A stretch of 63,403 nt of DNA, filler included. It is 8 parts of 8 records of this genome, joined end to end, with 100 filler letters (N's around TTAATTAATTAA, not from the genome) between each part and the next. Parts side by side here need not be neighbours in the genome. Positions count along the whole stretch, not along the records: positions 1 to 22,814 come from SRR20825010_756; positions 22,915 to 29,009 come from SRR20825010_763; positions 29,110 to 33,755 come from SRR20825010_764; 5 more parts are not named here. One strand, written 5' to 3'. A program made the translations under genes and the position numbers. This document shows, piece after piece, positions 20,838 through 31,925 of this stretch. The notes below the pieces were generated by a model. The model worked only from the letters and a program-made list of their open reading frames with translations, was not told the origin of the DNA and searched no databases. The first letter of the stretch is position 1, and every line of letters starts with the position of its first letter.

Positions 20838-21848
20838 ATGACACACGAACTAAAGAAAATTATTAGGGAACATCAGTCGGCCACATCAAAAGGCCTAAAA
20901 TGTGTTATGGCCACCGTAGTGGCACTGGACGGCTCCTCTTACCGAAGACCTGGAGTAAGAATGTTGATTCTGGAAGACGGACATATGATTGGCGCAGTAA
21001 GTGGTGGATGTGTTGAAAAGGAAGTGGTAAGACAGGCCCAGTCCGTTTTTGCCGATGATATATCCAAGGTAATGACCTATGACGGCCGATATAGACTTGG
21101 GTGTGAGGGTATTCTTTATATTTTACTGGAGGCCTTTAGACCGGATAAGGTATTCTTGGAAACCTTTGAACAAACCATTGCATCAAGACATCATTTTAGT
21201 ATACAATCCTTTTTTGAAAAAAAAGAGGGCTCCAATGCCAACTACGGCTCCATGGTCATATTTGGTCAAGAGCAATTGCCCCTATTGCCAGGGTTCCATA
21301 CCCAAGAGAAGCTTGAGGTATTTGAGCAAGGCATGAAACCCTGTTTTAAACTATTCATCATCGGAGCCGAGCATGATACAGTACAGTTATGTAGCTTTGC
21401 CGCCATGGCAGGCTGGGAAGTTACCATAGTAGTCGACCCATCCGAAGAAAAGAATATTTTGGATTTTGAAGGTGCCCATGACTTTCTGGGAATCTTACCA
21501 GAAAGCTTTCCGTTAGCTGAAGTTGACCAGCATACTGCCATTATTCTAATGAACCACAGCTACTCCAAAGACTTAAAGTATTTATTGACATTAAAAGACT
21601 CAAAGCCCATATATTTAGGGCTTTTAGGTCCATTTAGAAGGCGGGAAAAAATTTTTAACGAACTAATGGAACTAAGCCCGGAGATTACCTACGATTTTCT
21701 CGACAGAATCCACGGTCCGGCCGGACTCAACATAGGGGCTGAGACCCCTCAGGAAATTGCTATTTCCATAGTTGCCGAAATTTTATCGGTCATCAGGAAA
21801 AAGGAACCTATGCTCCTTAAGAATAAAGAAACAGGGATTCACGATTGA
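20838..21848 (+). CDS. xdhC: XdhC/CoxI family Moco insertion chaperone
   Basis: GSSYRRPG, VSGGCVE, GPAGLNIGAETPQEIAISI. Confidence 0.9.
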   Translation: MTHELKKIIREHQSATSKGLKCVMATVVALDGSSYRRPGVRMLILEDGHMIGAVSGGCVEKEVVRQAQSVFADDISKVMTYDGRYRLGCEGILYILLEAFRPDKVFLETFEQTIASRHHFSIQSFFEKKEGSNANYGSMVIFGQEQLPLLPGFHTQEKLEVFEQGMKPCFKLFIIGAEHDTVQLCSFAAMAGWEVTIVVDPSEEKNILDFEGAHDFLGILPESFPLAEVDQHTAIILMNHSYSKDLKYLLTLKDSKPIYLGLLGPFRRREKIFNELMELSPEITYDFLDRIHGPAGLNIGAETPQEIAISIVAEILSVIRKKEPMLLKNKETGIHD

Positions 21849-22462
21849 TGCCCAAAAAACTAAAAATAGCGATTTTGATCATGGGGGCCGGTACTTCCTC
21901 CCGCATGAAGGCCATAAAGCAACTGCTCCCCTGGGGAGACAGCACTTTCATAGGCAATGCCTTAAAAAATGCACAAAGTTCCAAGGCTAGCACCGTACTG
22001 ACCGTTTTGGGGGCCTATGCCGATGAAATAAAAAAGGTTACCGATTTTTCGGCTACTCAAGCCGTACTTAACCCCAACTGGAAAATGGGATTGGGGAATT
22101 CGATTGCCTTCGGCACCAAACAGCTTCTGGAGCAGGACCAAGACTATGATGGTATTTTAGTGATGCTGGCAGACCAACCCTTGATAGATGAACCATATTT
22201 AAATACGTTGATCGATACTTTTTCCAATTCCGAAAACAGCATTGTGGCCACCAAATATGATAATAGGGTAGGAGTGCCCGCTATTTTTAGAAAAATCCAT
22301 TTTGATGCCCTCCAGGAATTGAATTCCGATTATGGGGCCAAGGAAATTATAAAAACACATCTTAAGGATGTTTTAAGTATTTCCGCTGACGGAAAAGAGC
22401 TGGATATTGATACTAAGGACGAATACGAGAAGGTGAGAAGGGACCTAGATTCTGGAGACTAG
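21848..22462 (+). CDS. mocA: Molybdenum cofactor cytidylyltransferase-like NTP transferase
   Basis: GAGTSSRM..KQLLPW, LADQP, GVPAIF, DYGAK, DIDT; follows xdhC. Confidence 0.8.
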   Translation: MPKKLKIAILIMGAGTSSRMKAIKQLLPWGDSTFIGNALKNAQSSKASTVLTVLGAYADEIKKVTDFSATQAVLNPNWKMGLGNSIAFGTKQLLEQDQDYDGILVMLADQPLIDEPYLNTLIDTFSNSENSIVATKYDNRVGVPAIFRKIHFDALQELNSDYGAKEIIKTHLKDVLSISADGKELDIDTKDEYEKVRRDLDSGD

Positions 22463-22512
22463 AGCCTGGACACTTGGCTATTCCCAAATTCCTCTACATT
22501 GTTTTATAATAG

Positions 22513-22787
22513 AGTTGGCAGTAGCGGTTGGCAGTTGGCAGGTTCAAAGTTCAAGGACTTATATATTAACGTTTTCCGTTAGGGCGGAGTCGAGAACTGC
22601 ATATAAGCAATACTACGGTTTAAGAGTTCAAATGCGTTGGCCAAAACCAAATACCTCATTGCGATCCTGCCTATCGGTAGATAGGGAGCTAGGGCGAAGA
22701 AGCAATCTTTTTCTTAATAAGTCGGCAGTGGCGGTTGGCAGTTGGCAGGTTCAAGGTTCAAGGACTTATATATTAGCGCTGTCCGTT
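22513..22787. repeat. Two 68-bp direct repeats (22513-22580, 22720-22787) flanking nested palindromes
   Basis: Manual alignment gives 6 mismatches in 68 bp; internal TTGGCAG and GGTTCAA heptamers. Confidence 0.85.
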
Positions 22788-22814
22788 CGAGACCCAAGAA
22801 ATTTTATTTTTCAA

Positions 22815-22914
22815 NNNNNNNNNNNNNNNNNNNNNNNNNNNNNNNNNNNNNNNNNNNNTTAATTAATTAANNNNNNNNNNNNNNNNNNNNNNNNNNNNNN
22901 NNNNNNNNNNNNNN
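22815..22914. other. Artificial contig linker N44-TTAATTAATTAA-N44 (also at 29010-29109, 33756-33855, 42973-43072, 47959-48058, 52482-52581, 59011-59110)
   Basis: Identical 100-bp spacer with stops in all six frames; genes truncated at junctions; abrupt composition shifts. Confidence 0.98.
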
Positions 22915-23630
22915 GCGTTCTGCTCGTGATCGGCATGCAGGATGAAGAGACGGTCCATCGCTTTGGCAAGCACCGGGTTCATCTTGTATTCCTCGGCCGG
23001 GACCGAGAACATCATGTGCAGGAAGTTTTCGGCGTAGCTCAGATCGTTCTTCGGGTAATTGAACGGCTGGCCGATGGAATATTTGTACGCCATCGCTGCG
23101 AGGGTCGGCATTTTCGCGATCAGGCGGAAGGACGCCACCATGCGGGCATGGTCGTCATTGATGTCGGTGCTGTCATGGTAGAAGGCTGACAGGGCACCAA
23201 CAACGCCGCACATGATCGCCATCGGGTGCGCATCGCGACGGAAGCCGCGATAAAAGTTGCTGAGCTGCTCATGCACCATCGTGTGATAGGTGACGTCGTG
23301 GTCGAACTTGGCCTTCTGCTCCTTGTTCGGCAGATCGCCGTTCAGAAGCAGATGGGCAACCTCGAGGAAGCTGCAGTTGGCAGCCAGATCTTCGATCCGG
23401 TAGCCGCGGTGCAGCAGAATGCCCTTGTCACCGTCGATGAATGTCAGCGCGGACTCGCAAGAGCCGGTCGAGGTGAATCCGGGGTCATAGGTGAAATGAT
23501 CGGTCTCGGCATAAAACTTCCGAACGTCGACAACGTCCGGGCCAACCGAGGCGTGCAGGACTGGAAGTTCGTAGCTCTTGCCGGTCTGATTATCGGTGAG
23601 TGTAAAGCTGCCGGTGTTTGATTTAGTCAT
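22915..23630 (-). CDS. gltA: Citrate synthase (3' truncated by contig end)
   Basis: [34 protein letters not shown]. Confidence 0.95.
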
Positions 23631-23727
23631 CCTGAGCTTCCCTTAGTGCTTGTTGGGCGGCTGCCCCGCATTCCCTTGGCTGGGAATTGGAGGCAACGAG
23701 CCGCTTAATCGCGGCGGATATTAGTCT

Positions 23728-25122
23728 CTATTGTGCAGTGCCGCAAATCGCCTTGAGCCGGGCAAGGGTTTCCGCGCGTTCCAGGACGGCGGCAACCTCG
23801 AAAATTCCTGGCGAAACGGTTGATCCCGTGAGCGCCGCGCGCAGCGGCTGTGCCAGTTTCCCGAGTTTGATATCGGCTTTTTCGGCGATGGTGCGAACGG
23901 CTTGCTCAATGGCTTCCTCGTTCCAGTCCGGCATCGCTTCAAGTTCGGCGGTGAGGGAGGTGAGGTGGCTAAGAGCTTCTTCCGTCAGTAGATTTTGGGC
24001 TTTCTCCGTGAAATTCAAGGGCACGGATGCGGCATAGAAGGCGGCATTCTCAGTCAACTCGACCATGGTTTTGGCCCGCTGCTTGAGTCCGTCCATACCC
24101 TTGAGAATCCGTTTTTGTCCGACTTCGTCGACATTCCCGAGGCCGGCGATCACAAGGTCGGCCAGTCTGGAATCATCGGCTTCACGGATATAATGGCCAT
24201 TCAGATTTTCCAGTTTGGCAAGATCGAAACGGGACGGAGAGCGACCGACGGCCTCCAGCGTGAACCATTCGATGGCCTGCGCGGAGGAGATGATCTCGTC
24301 ATCGCCATGCCCCCAGCCGAGACGGAGCAGGTAATTGTTCACGGTTTCCGGCAGGTAGCCCATTTCCCGGTAAGCATCGACGCCGAGCGCACCATGGCGC
24401 TTTGACAGCTTGCCGCCGTCGGCACCGTGAATCAGCGGGATATGGCCAAATTCCGGAACGTCCCACTCCATCGCACGATAAAGAGCGGCCTGGCGGAAGG
24501 CGTTGTTCAGATGGTCGTCGCCGCGCAGCACGTGGGTGATTCCCATATCGTGGTCGTCGACAACAACGGACAGCATGTAGGTCGGGGTGCCGTCGCCGCG
24601 CAGCAGCACGAAATCGTCAAGCTGCTCGTTTTGTACGGTAACTTCGCCCTGGATGTGGTCGACCAGCGTCGTTTCGCCTTCAAGCGGCGCTTTCAGCCGT
24701 ACAACCGGATCGACGCCGGCTGGTGCCTCGGAGGGGTCTCGGTCGCGCCACATGCCGTTGTACCGCATCGGCTTGCCGGCAGCCTTGGCCTCTTCGCGCA
24801 TGGTCTGGAGTTCTTCGGGCGTGCAGTAGCAGTAATAGGCCCGGCCCTTGGCGACCAGCTCCTTTGCCACCTCCGCGTGCCGGTTAAGCTGGGCCGACTG
24901 ATAGACAGGCTCCTCGTCGCCGAGCAGGCCAAGCCATGCAAGACCGTCAAAAATCGCCTGCACGGCTTCCGGGGTGGAGCGTGCTTTGTCGGTATCCTCA
25001 ATCCGGACCAGATATTTTCCGCCCGTGTGCCGCGCATAGAGCCAGTTATAGAGCGCGGTCCTTGCGCCACCAATGTGGAGGAAACCGGTTGGTGACGGGG
25101 CAAAGCGCGTGACGACGGACAT
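23728..25122 (-). CDS. gltX: Glutamate--tRNA ligase
   Basis: True start [30 protein letters not shown]. Confidence 0.95.
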   Translation of the reverse strand: MSVVTRFAPSPTGFLHIGGARTALYNWLYARHTGGKYLVRIEDTDKARSTPEAVQAIFDGLAWLGLLGDEEPVYQSAQLNRHAEVAKELVAKGRAYYCYCTPEELQTMREEAKAAGKPMRYNGMWRDRDPSEAPAGVDPVVRLKAPLEGETTLVDHIQGEVTVQNEQLDDFVLLRGDGTPTYMLSVVVDDHDMGITHVLRGDDHLNNAFRQAALYRAMEWDVPEFGHIPLIHGADGGKLSKRHGALGVDAYREMGYLPETVNNYLLRLGWGHGDDEIISSAQAIEWFTLEAVGRSPSRFDLAKLENLNGHYIREADDSRLADLVIAGLGNVDEVGQKRILKGMDGLKQRAKTMVELTENAAFYAASVPLNFTEKAQNLLTEEALSHLTSLTAELEAMPDWNEEAIEQAVRTIAEKADIKLGKLAQPLRAALTGSTVSPGIFEVAAVLERAETLARLKAICGTAQ

Positions 25123-25155
25123 GGAGCTGTTTTCTCGTGATTTGTTGGGCAAAGG

Positions 25156-27324
25156 GTGAGCCCCCGGCCATCTTGGCCTGGGGGCGCGGGGCTGTGTAGC
25201 ACATTGGCTGGTGCAGTGCGAGATTGGACCGTGACGAGGGGCTTGCTGTTTGCGCGGGCTTGCGGCTGGTGGGAGGGCGTTTTGGCGGAGAACAGGCCGC
25301 GCGCCGGGCTCTGGCTGCCTGTTGCATTTGGCATTGGTATCTTCGGCTATTTCGAGCTGTCTTTCGAGCCGCCGCTCTGGATCGGGCCTGGATTGTTTGT
25401 CCTTCTTGCCCTGTTTCTGCTGGTCACCCGGCACTCCACGGCTTCCGTCTTTTGCCTGATAGCAGCTCTGGCTGTTGTCGTCGGGTTTTCGGCTGCGCAA
25501 GCGCGGGCCTGGCAGGTTGCGGCGCCGGTTTTGAAGCGGGAAATGGCGGTTTCTCTCACCGGAATGGTGGAGGAGGTGCGGGTCACATCCCGTGGTGAGC
25601 GGCTGATCGTGCGGGTGGAGCAGTTTGGCCGTATTGAGCCGGAACAACGGCCCGGCCGGGTACGAGTGCTGTTGCTGAAGCGGGACAAGGCACCATCCGC
25701 AGGCTCGCGAATCAAGGTTTTCGGGCGTTTCAAGCCGCCGCCGCCGCCGGTCTCTCCCTATGCATATGATTTCCAGAGGGCGCTTTATTTCGACGGGATC
25801 GGCGCCGTAGGCTTTGCCCTTGGCCCGTTGACCGTCGAGGCGCGGGGGGAGGTGCCTTGGTCCGGCAGGCTTGCGGCCCTTCGTACCACGCTTTCGGACC
25901 GAATCAGGGCGCGGCTTCCGGGGGATACCGGCGCGCTCGCCGCAGCTTTGCTTGTCGGTGACCGGGACTGGATCTCCGAGAGTGCGACAGAGGCCATGCG
26001 CGATGTGGGGATCGCGCATTTGCTGGCGATCTCCGGGTTGCATATGGGGCTTGTCGCGGGCTGTGTCTTTTTCTTTATCCGCCTGCTGTTGAGCCTCAAT
26101 GCAAAGACGGCATTGCTCTGGCCAACAAGGAGAGTCGCGGCAGCGGGAGCGATATTGTTTGCGACGGCTTACCTGCTGTTGTCCGGGGCTTCGGTGCCGA
26201 CGCAACGTGCCTATATCATGACATTAGCCGTGTTGATCGGTGTTGTGATTGGCCGGCGGGCGATTTCCATGCGCCTGATCGCAACCGCCGCGGCGAGTAT
26301 CATGGCGGTGCGTCCCGAATATGTGCTGGGCGCAAGTTTTCAGTTGTCGTTCGCAGCAGTCACTTGCCTCGTCGCCGTTTATGAGACCGGTGTCTGGAGC
26401 CGGTATCCGGTGCGGGGCCGTCCGTTTGTCGGCTTTACCCGGTATGTCGTTCTGCTCGCTCTCAGCTCCCTTGTCGCCTCGACTGCCACGCTGCCGCTGG
26501 CGCTGTATCATTTTCAGAAAGCCGCGCTTTATGGCGTTGCGGCCAATCTGCTTGCCGTTCCGGCGGCGAGCCTCTGGATCATGCCGTTCGGCGTGGCGGT
26601 CTTGCTTCTGATGCCATTCGAGCTGGAGGGGGCTGCATTGGTCGCGATGGGATGGGGCATCGATGGCGTGCTTCGTCTTGCCACACTCGTTCAGGGCTGG
26701 CCGCATGCAACGCATGCGGTCGCGGCGGCACCCGGATGGGTTATCGGGTTTACGGCATGCGCCGGTCTTTGGCTCTGCCTGTTCCGTGGCCGCTTGCGGC
26801 TCGGCGCGGCTCCCGTTCTTGCCGTCTGTCTGGCTGTGCTGCTGGTGGGGCCCTGGGACTCACCCGACCTGCTGATTGCGGATCGTGCCCGGATGGTCGG
26901 TGTCATTTCGGAGGCGCAGATCGTCACAACCTCCGGCCGTTCCGGGTTTTCTGCCGGAGTCTGGCGCCGCCGCGCAGGGTTGCCGGATATGCGGGAGGGC
27001 GAACCGAAGCTGTCATCCAGGTTCAATTGCGACAGTCTGGGATGTGCCATCACCGCATCGCGGCTGGGGGCTGTGGCCTGGTCGTCGGACGCGCAATCAC
27101 TTTCCGAGGATTGTCTGAGGGCGGACGTTCTCGTGACCCGCATTCGTGTGCCGGACATCTGTCCGGCTCCGCGTTTGATCGTCGGGCCGAAGCAGATCAG
27201 ACCCGGCGGTTCCATCGCGATCTGGCTGGATGAACCGGTGCCCAAAGTGATATATTCAAGAGACATCCAAGGGAACAGGCCCTGGTCCAGCGTGACGAAG
27301 CGTCTGCGCTATAAAACAAATTGA
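25156..27324 (+). CDS. comEC: ComEC/Rec2 competence protein (start uncertain)
   Basis: [37 protein letters not shown]; many TM segments. Confidence 0.9.
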   Translation: MSPRPSWPGGAGLCSTLAGAVRDWTVTRGLLFARACGWWEGVLAENRPRAGLWLPVAFGIGIFGYFELSFEPPLWIGPGLFVLLALFLLVTRHSTASVFCLIAALAVVVGFSAAQARAWQVAAPVLKREMAVSLTGMVEEVRVTSRGERLIVRVEQFGRIEPEQRPGRVRVLLLKRDKAPSAGSRIKVFGRFKPPPPPVSPYAYDFQRALYFDGIGAVGFALGPLTVEARGEVPWSGRLAALRTTLSDRIRARLPGDTGALAAALLVGDRDWISESATEAMRDVGIAHLLAISGLHMGLVAGCVFFFIRLLLSLNAKTALLWPTRRVAAAGAILFATAYLLLSGASVPTQRAYIMTLAVLIGVVIGRRAISMRLIATAAASIMAVRPEYVLGASFQLSFAAVTCLVAVYETGVWSRYPVRGRPFVGFTRYVVLLALSSLVASTATLPLALYHFQKAALYGVAANLLAVPAASLWIMPFGVAVLLLMPFELEGAALVAMGWGIDGVLRLATLVQGWPHATHAVAAAPGWVIGFTACAGLWLCLFRGRLRLGAAPVLAVCLAVLLVGPWDSPDLLIADRARMVGVISEAQIVTTSGRSGFSAGVWRRRAGLPDMREGEPKLSSRFNCDSLGCAITASRLGAVAWSSDAQSLSEDCLRADVLVTRIRVPDICPAPRLIVGPKQIRPGGSIAIWLDEPVPKVIYSRDIQGNRPWSSVTKRLRYKTN

Positions 27325-27408
27325 ATTTTTATGCGAAAAAAGAGATAAGTTTAGTCAAAATAATTATCTTTATTATGCAGGCGGCGTTTTTTGGAAGGTG
27401 ATGTGCCA

Positions 27409-27723
27409 GTGTCGGATACTTTGAAAAAGCGGGCTCTGAGCATTCTGGCTGACTCGGTCTCCGATGTTGTCGGCACCAAGAACCTTGCCTATATCGCGAT
27501 CAAGAAGGCTTCCGACGAAGAAGGAAACGAAGCGCGCCATGAATGGGCGACGTCGGTTTTCGACCAAATCCCGCTGACCAACCGGCGTGAGATCAAGAGT
27601 GTCGCGATCAACAAGGCGCAGGAAGAACGGCGCCACGTCCTTTCCGTCCGGGCACGCAACAAGCCGCAGCCAGAAGTGAAGATCGCCGATCTTGGTGTGA
27701 TCTGGGGCGCGAACGCCGGCTAA
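27409..27723 (+). CDS. Hypothetical protein (~104 aa)
   Basis: GGAAGG SD-like sequence before GTG; GC3-rich codons; fills the comEC-lexA gap. Confidence 0.6.
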   Translation: MSDTLKKRALSILADSVSDVVGTKNLAYIAIKKASDEEGNEARHEWATSVFDQIPLTNRREIKSVAINKAQEERRHVLSVRARNKPQPEVKIADLGVIWGANAG

Positions 27724-27732
27724 TCGCCGGCC

Positions 27733-28500
27733 TCAATATTTCCGCATCAACCCGACGAGACTGCCCTGAATCCGGACCTGATCCGGGCCGAATATCCGCG
27801 TCTCGTAATTCGGGTTGGCTGGCTCCAGCGCAATGGCATGGCCGCGCCGGCGGAGCCTTTTCAGCGTGACTTCATGCTCGTCCACGAGGGCAACGACAAT
27901 ACTGCCATTTTCGGCGGTATCGCCGCGTTTGATGACAACCGTATCGCCATCGAGGATACCGGCATCGACCATGGAATCACCGGAAACCTCCAGCGCGTAA
28001 TGTTCTCCCGCCCTGATCATGGAACCGGGAATGCCGATGCGTGCACTATTGTCCCGCAGTGCTTCGATCGGTGTGCCGGCTGCAATCCGCCCCAGCATGG
28101 GAAGATCGATCATCTCTTCGTCAGAATGCGTGACTTCCGCCGGAGCCTGTCTGGAAACATCTTCGTCATTGCGGGAGGCGCGGGCGAAATTTCCAGGGAT
28201 GACATTCGGGGTAAAGCCACGGCTGGCCGAACGATCCAGTGCAGCGGGATGCATTGTGTCCGCCTGGGCCGGAACCGTTGCGCTTGAATCGGGCGTGCGC
28301 AATATCTCGAGAGCACGGGCCCTGTGCGGCAGGCGCCGGATGAAGCCGCGCTCTTCCAGTGCGGTGATCAGCCGATGAATACCTGACTTTGATTTCAGGT
28401 CCAGTGCGTCCTTCATCTCGTCGAAAGAAGGGGAGACGCCGTTCTCTTCCAGCCGTTTCTGGATGAATAGCAACAGTTGGTGCTGCTTCTTTGTGAGCAT
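27733..28500 (-). CDS. lexA: SOS repressor LexA
   Basis: [31 protein letters not shown] cleavage site; GDSM; VTLKR. Confidence 0.95.
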   Translation of the reverse strand: MLTKKQHQLLLFIQKRLEENGVSPSFDEMKDALDLKSKSGIHRLITALEERGFIRRLPHRARALEILRTPDSSATVPAQADTMHPAALDRSASRGFTPNVIPGNFARASRNDEDVSRQAPAEVTHSDEEMIDLPMLGRIAAGTPIEALRDNSARIGIPGSMIRAGEHYALEVSGDSMVDAGILDGDTVVIKRGDTAENGSIVVALVDEHEVTLKRLRRRGHAIALEPANPNYETRIFGPDQVRIQGSLVGLMRKY

Positions 28501-28527
28501 CAGGGACTCCCGCACTGGTTCCGTTAG

Positions 28528-28566
28528 GAACAAAAGATAAACATTTCAAATGTTCTACTTTGGTTC
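28528..28566. promoter_or_regulatory. Two alphaproteobacterial LexA (SOS) boxes
   Basis: GTTC-TACTTTG-GTTC at 28552-28566 (perfect GTTC-N7-GTTC); GAAC-AAAAGAT-AAAC at 28528-28542 (1 mismatch); both upstream of lexA. Confidence 0.85.
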
Positions 28567-28600
28567 CTGTTCTGCGTCAAGCCTCTGATCGAGCGGGAGA

Positions 28601-29009
28601 TCAGATTGAAATGGTGCCGATACCAAGAGGAAGGACATCGACTTTGGTGCCGGCAGAGAGCGCCGGGCCGTGCGGCGGGCGGATCAGTAGACAGTTTGCA
28701 TCGGCCAGCAGGGCCAGCATGGAGCTGTCTTGCCGCTCGAAGATCTCGACCACGGCTTCGCCGTTTTCATCCAGATGATAGGTCGCGCGCAGATAGTCCT
28801 GGCGCCGGTCGTTTTCCTTCAGCGGCATGGCGAGGCGCGCTTTCAGGGTGCGGTTGTCCGGTTCGGTCCTGCCAAGCATGGCGGAGATAGCCGGGCGCAG
28901 GAATACCGTGCCGCAGACGATGGTGGAAACCGGGTTGCCGGGCAGGCCAAGCAGCGGGGTATCGCCAATATGGCCGAAAATCAGCGGCTTGCCGGGCCGC
29001 ATGGCGATC
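28601..29009 (-). CDS. moeA: Molybdopterin molybdotransferase, C-terminal part (5' truncated)
   Basis: MRPGKPL, GLPGNPVS, RQDYLRA, QDSSML. Confidence 0.9.
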
Positions 29010-29109
29010 NNNNNNNNNNNNNNNNNNNNNNNNNNNNNNNNNNNNNNNNNNNNTTAATTAATTAANNNNNNNNNNNNNNNNNNNNNNNNNNNNNNNNNNN
29101 NNNNNNNNN

Positions 29110-29779
29110 TATGGATCTTGCAGAAGATTTTATAAAATATGTTATAAATTTTGCTTTAGAAAATTGTGCTGATGATCTTGAGTTTCTTGAAAACAGATTG
29201 TTAGAAGAAGAAAAAAACAAACCACAAACTGAGCGCAGCGAAATGAAACTTCGCGAAAAGCTTCATTTTATTCTTGAAAATAACTTTAAACGTGTAAGCT
29301 ATACCGAAGCAATCGATATACTAAAGCGTTCTAAGCCAAATCAGAAGAAAAAATTTAAATATATTATTGAAGAATGGGGCGCAGATCTTCAAAGTGAACA
29401 CGAACGCTTTTTGGTTGAAAAACACTTTAAATGTCCAGTAATTCTATTTGATTATCCCGCAAATATTAAATCGTTTTACATGCGTTTAAATGACGATGGA
29501 AAAACGGTTCGTGCAATGGATGTACTTTTTCCAGGAATTGGAGAAATTGTTGGTGGCTCGCAACGTGAGGAGCGTTATGATGTTTTGTTGGAAAAAATGA
29601 AGGTTATGAATATTGACCCAGAAGAACTGTATTGGTATTTAGATCTTCGTAAATTCGGAACGGCTGTTCATAGTGGTTTCGGGCTTGGTTTTGAGCGTTT
29701 GGTACAGTTTACAACGGGAATGGGAAACATTCGCGACGTAATTCCATATCCTAGAACCCCTGGCAACGCAGAATTCTGA
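29110..29779 (+). CDS. asnS: Asparagine--tRNA ligase (5' truncated)
   Basis: [43 protein letters not shown]. Confidence 0.95.
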
Positions 29780-29802
29780 GGAAAATAACATAAGATTGTA
29801 TT

Positions 29803-29842
29803 AAAACTGGCTACTTCATTATTTTAGTAGCTGGTTTTTTTT
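29803..29842 (+). terminator. Intrinsic terminator after asnS
   Basis: AAAACTGGCTACT...AGTAGCTGGTTTTTTTT imperfect hairpin with U-tract. Confidence 0.6.
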
Positions 29843-29868
29843 AACTTTATGATGTAGTAAATAGAAGT

Positions 29869-31320
29869 ATGTTAAAACAACAATTAAGCTTTAAACTTTC
29901 CCAAAAATTATCGCCTCAACAAATCCAGTTGATGAAGATGATTCAATTGCCTACACAAGCTTTTGAACAACGAATATCTCAGGAATTGGAGGAAAATCCG
30001 GCTTTAGAAGGCGGAAAAGAAGAAAGTGAAAACTTTGATGATGAGTTTAGCAATGAAGAATTTGATGAAGGCAATGAAGTAATTGAAACAGATATAAATG
30101 TTGATGATTATTTGAGTGATGATGAAGTGCCTAGCTACAAGCTTTCCTCAAATAATTATAGCGCAGATGATGAAGAACGGCAAATGCCTTACGCCGCCGG
30201 AACATCATTTACGCAGTATTTAATGCAACAATTAAGCACCTATCGCCTTACTGATGAAGAGGAAGAAATTGCACAGTTTTTAGTGGGTAGTGTCGATGAA
30301 AGCGGCTATATACGCAGAGAAATACAAGATATTGTTGACGATTTAGCGTTTACACAAAATGTATACACCACAGAAGAAAAGGTAGAAAAAGTACTAAAAA
30401 TTGTACAAGATTTAGACCCTGCAGGTGTTGCAGCACGTGACCTTCAAGAATGTTTATTAATTCAATTAGAGCGAAAAGAACAAACTCCTTCTGTTACCCT
30501 AGCGATAGATATTATTGACGATTCTTTCGACTATTTTAGCAAGAAACACTACAAAAAACTAATTCAGAAATTTGATATTACGGAAGACCAATTGCGTGAT
30601 GCAATACATGAAATTGAAGGATTAAATCCAAAACCAGGTGGCACCTATTCTGGAAACACAAGAATGGTAGAGCATGTAGTACCTGATTTTGCTATAAAAA
30701 TAATTGATGGAGAGTTAGATTTAACCCTAAACGGGCGAAATGCGCCCGAACTTCATGTTAGCCATGATTACACAAATATGTTGAAGGGCTACAAAGAATC
30801 TAAAGACAAATCGAAAGCCCAGAAAGATGCTGTAATGTTTATTAAACAGAAATTGGATGCAGCAAAATGGTTTATAGACGCCATTAAACAAAGGCAGCAA
30901 ACGCTTTTTGTAACAATGAACTCTATCATGCATCATCAAGAGGAATATTTTTTAACAGGTGATGAGCGGAAGCTAAAACCAATGATTTTAAAAGATATTG
31001 CTGATAAAATAAACATGGATGTTTCAACGGTTTCCAGAGTGGCAAACAGCAAATATGTTGACACACCTTACGGCACAAAATTGATTAAAGATTTTTTCAG
31101 CGAATCAATGAAAAATGATCAAGGAGAAGATGTTTCTACAAAAGAAATTAAGAAAATTCTTGAGATTACTATTTCAGAAGAAGACAAAAGAAAACCACTT
31201 ACCGACGACAAACTTGCCAAGATTTTACTAGAAAAAGGCTACCCAATTGCACGTCGAACCATTGCAAAATATAGAGAACAGCTAGATTTGCCAGTTGCAC
31301 GACTTAGAAAAGAAATATAA
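29869..31320 (+). CDS. rpoN: RNA polymerase sigma-54 factor
   Basis: Q-rich N-terminus, ELEENP, STVSRV, RpoN box ARRTIAKYRE. Confidence 0.95.
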   Translation: MLKQQLSFKLSQKLSPQQIQLMKMIQLPTQAFEQRISQELEENPALEGGKEESENFDDEFSNEEFDEGNEVIETDINVDDYLSDDEVPSYKLSSNNYSADDEERQMPYAAGTSFTQYLMQQLSTYRLTDEEEEIAQFLVGSVDESGYIRREIQDIVDDLAFTQNVYTTEEKVEKVLKIVQDLDPAGVAARDLQECLLIQLERKEQTPSVTLAIDIIDDSFDYFSKKHYKKLIQKFDITEDQLRDAIHEIEGLNPKPGGTYSGNTRMVEHVVPDFAIKIIDGELDLTLNGRNAPELHVSHDYTNMLKGYKESKDKSKAQKDAVMFIKQKLDAAKWFIDAIKQRQQTLFVTMNSIMHHQEEYFLTGDERKLKPMILKDIADKINMDVSTVSRVANSKYVDTPYGTKLIKDFFSESMKNDQGEDVSTKEIKKILEITISEEDKRKPLTDDKLAKILLEKGYPIARRTIAKYREQLDLPVARLRKEI

Positions 31321-31925
31321 TGAAGATATTTTTAAAAATAGCTTCCTACCTTTTTCATCCGTTATTGATGCCGGTTTTAGGTACTGTAATTTATTTTGCA
31401 GTTACCCCAAGATATATTGAACCTGAATTGGTTCGTACTAAACTTTTTGCAATTGCAATCATCACACTTTTAATACCGATTGTAGTATTTTTTCTTCTAA
31501 AAAACTTAGGTATTGTAGAAACTATTTATCTAAAAGAAGTAAAAGAACGCAAGTTTCCGTTAATGATTCAGTGCATTCTTTTATTACTAATCATCAAAAT
31601 GATTTTTAATCCCTATGATGATCCAGAAATGTACTATTTTTTTGTAGGTATTCTTTTTGCAACCTTCAGTGCGCTTTTAATGGTGTTTTTTAAACTAAAA
31701 GTAAGCTTGCATCAAATGGGTGTAGCAGGAATTTTATTGCTGTTAGTAGGATTGAGTGCTCATTTTAAAATAAACCTTCTAATAAGCATTAGTTTCTTTT
31801 TATTTGTGAATGGATGGGTGGCTTCTTCGCGTTTAAATAATGATGCGCACACGTATCCTGAGCTTGCAGCTGGCTTTTTATTAGGAGCGCTTCCACAATT
31901 AATTCTCTTCAATATGTGGTTATAA
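31320..31925 (+). CDS. Conserved Bacteroidetes membrane protein (PAP2-like C-terminus)
   Basis: Six TM segments; KVSLH, SSRL..AHT..EL motifs; coupled to rpoN. Confidence 0.65.
   Translation: MKIFLKIASYLFHPLLMPVLGTVIYFAVTPRYIEPELVRTKLFAIAIITLLIPIVVFFLLKNLGIVETIYLKEVKERKFPLMIQCILLLLIIKMIFNPYDDPEMYYFFVGILFATFSALLMVFFKLKVSLHQMGVAGILLLLVGLSAHFKINLLISISFFLFVNGWVASSRLNNDAHTYPELAAGFLLGALPQLILFNMWL

Noticed and set aside
22513..22787. Possible CRISPR array
   Set aside because: Only two 68-bp copies with a 139-bp gap and no cas genes; sizes do not fit CRISPR.
22515..22862. 115-aa ORF with an internal repeat (AVAVGSWQVQ..RTYIL)
   Set aside because: It is a translation of the non-coding direct repeat (offset 207 bp is a multiple of 3) and runs into the linker.
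25123..26205. 360-aa N-terminal extension of GltX in the 825-aa ORF
   Set aside because: Antisense shadow of GC-rich comEC; canonical GltX starts at [13 protein letters not shown] (25122).
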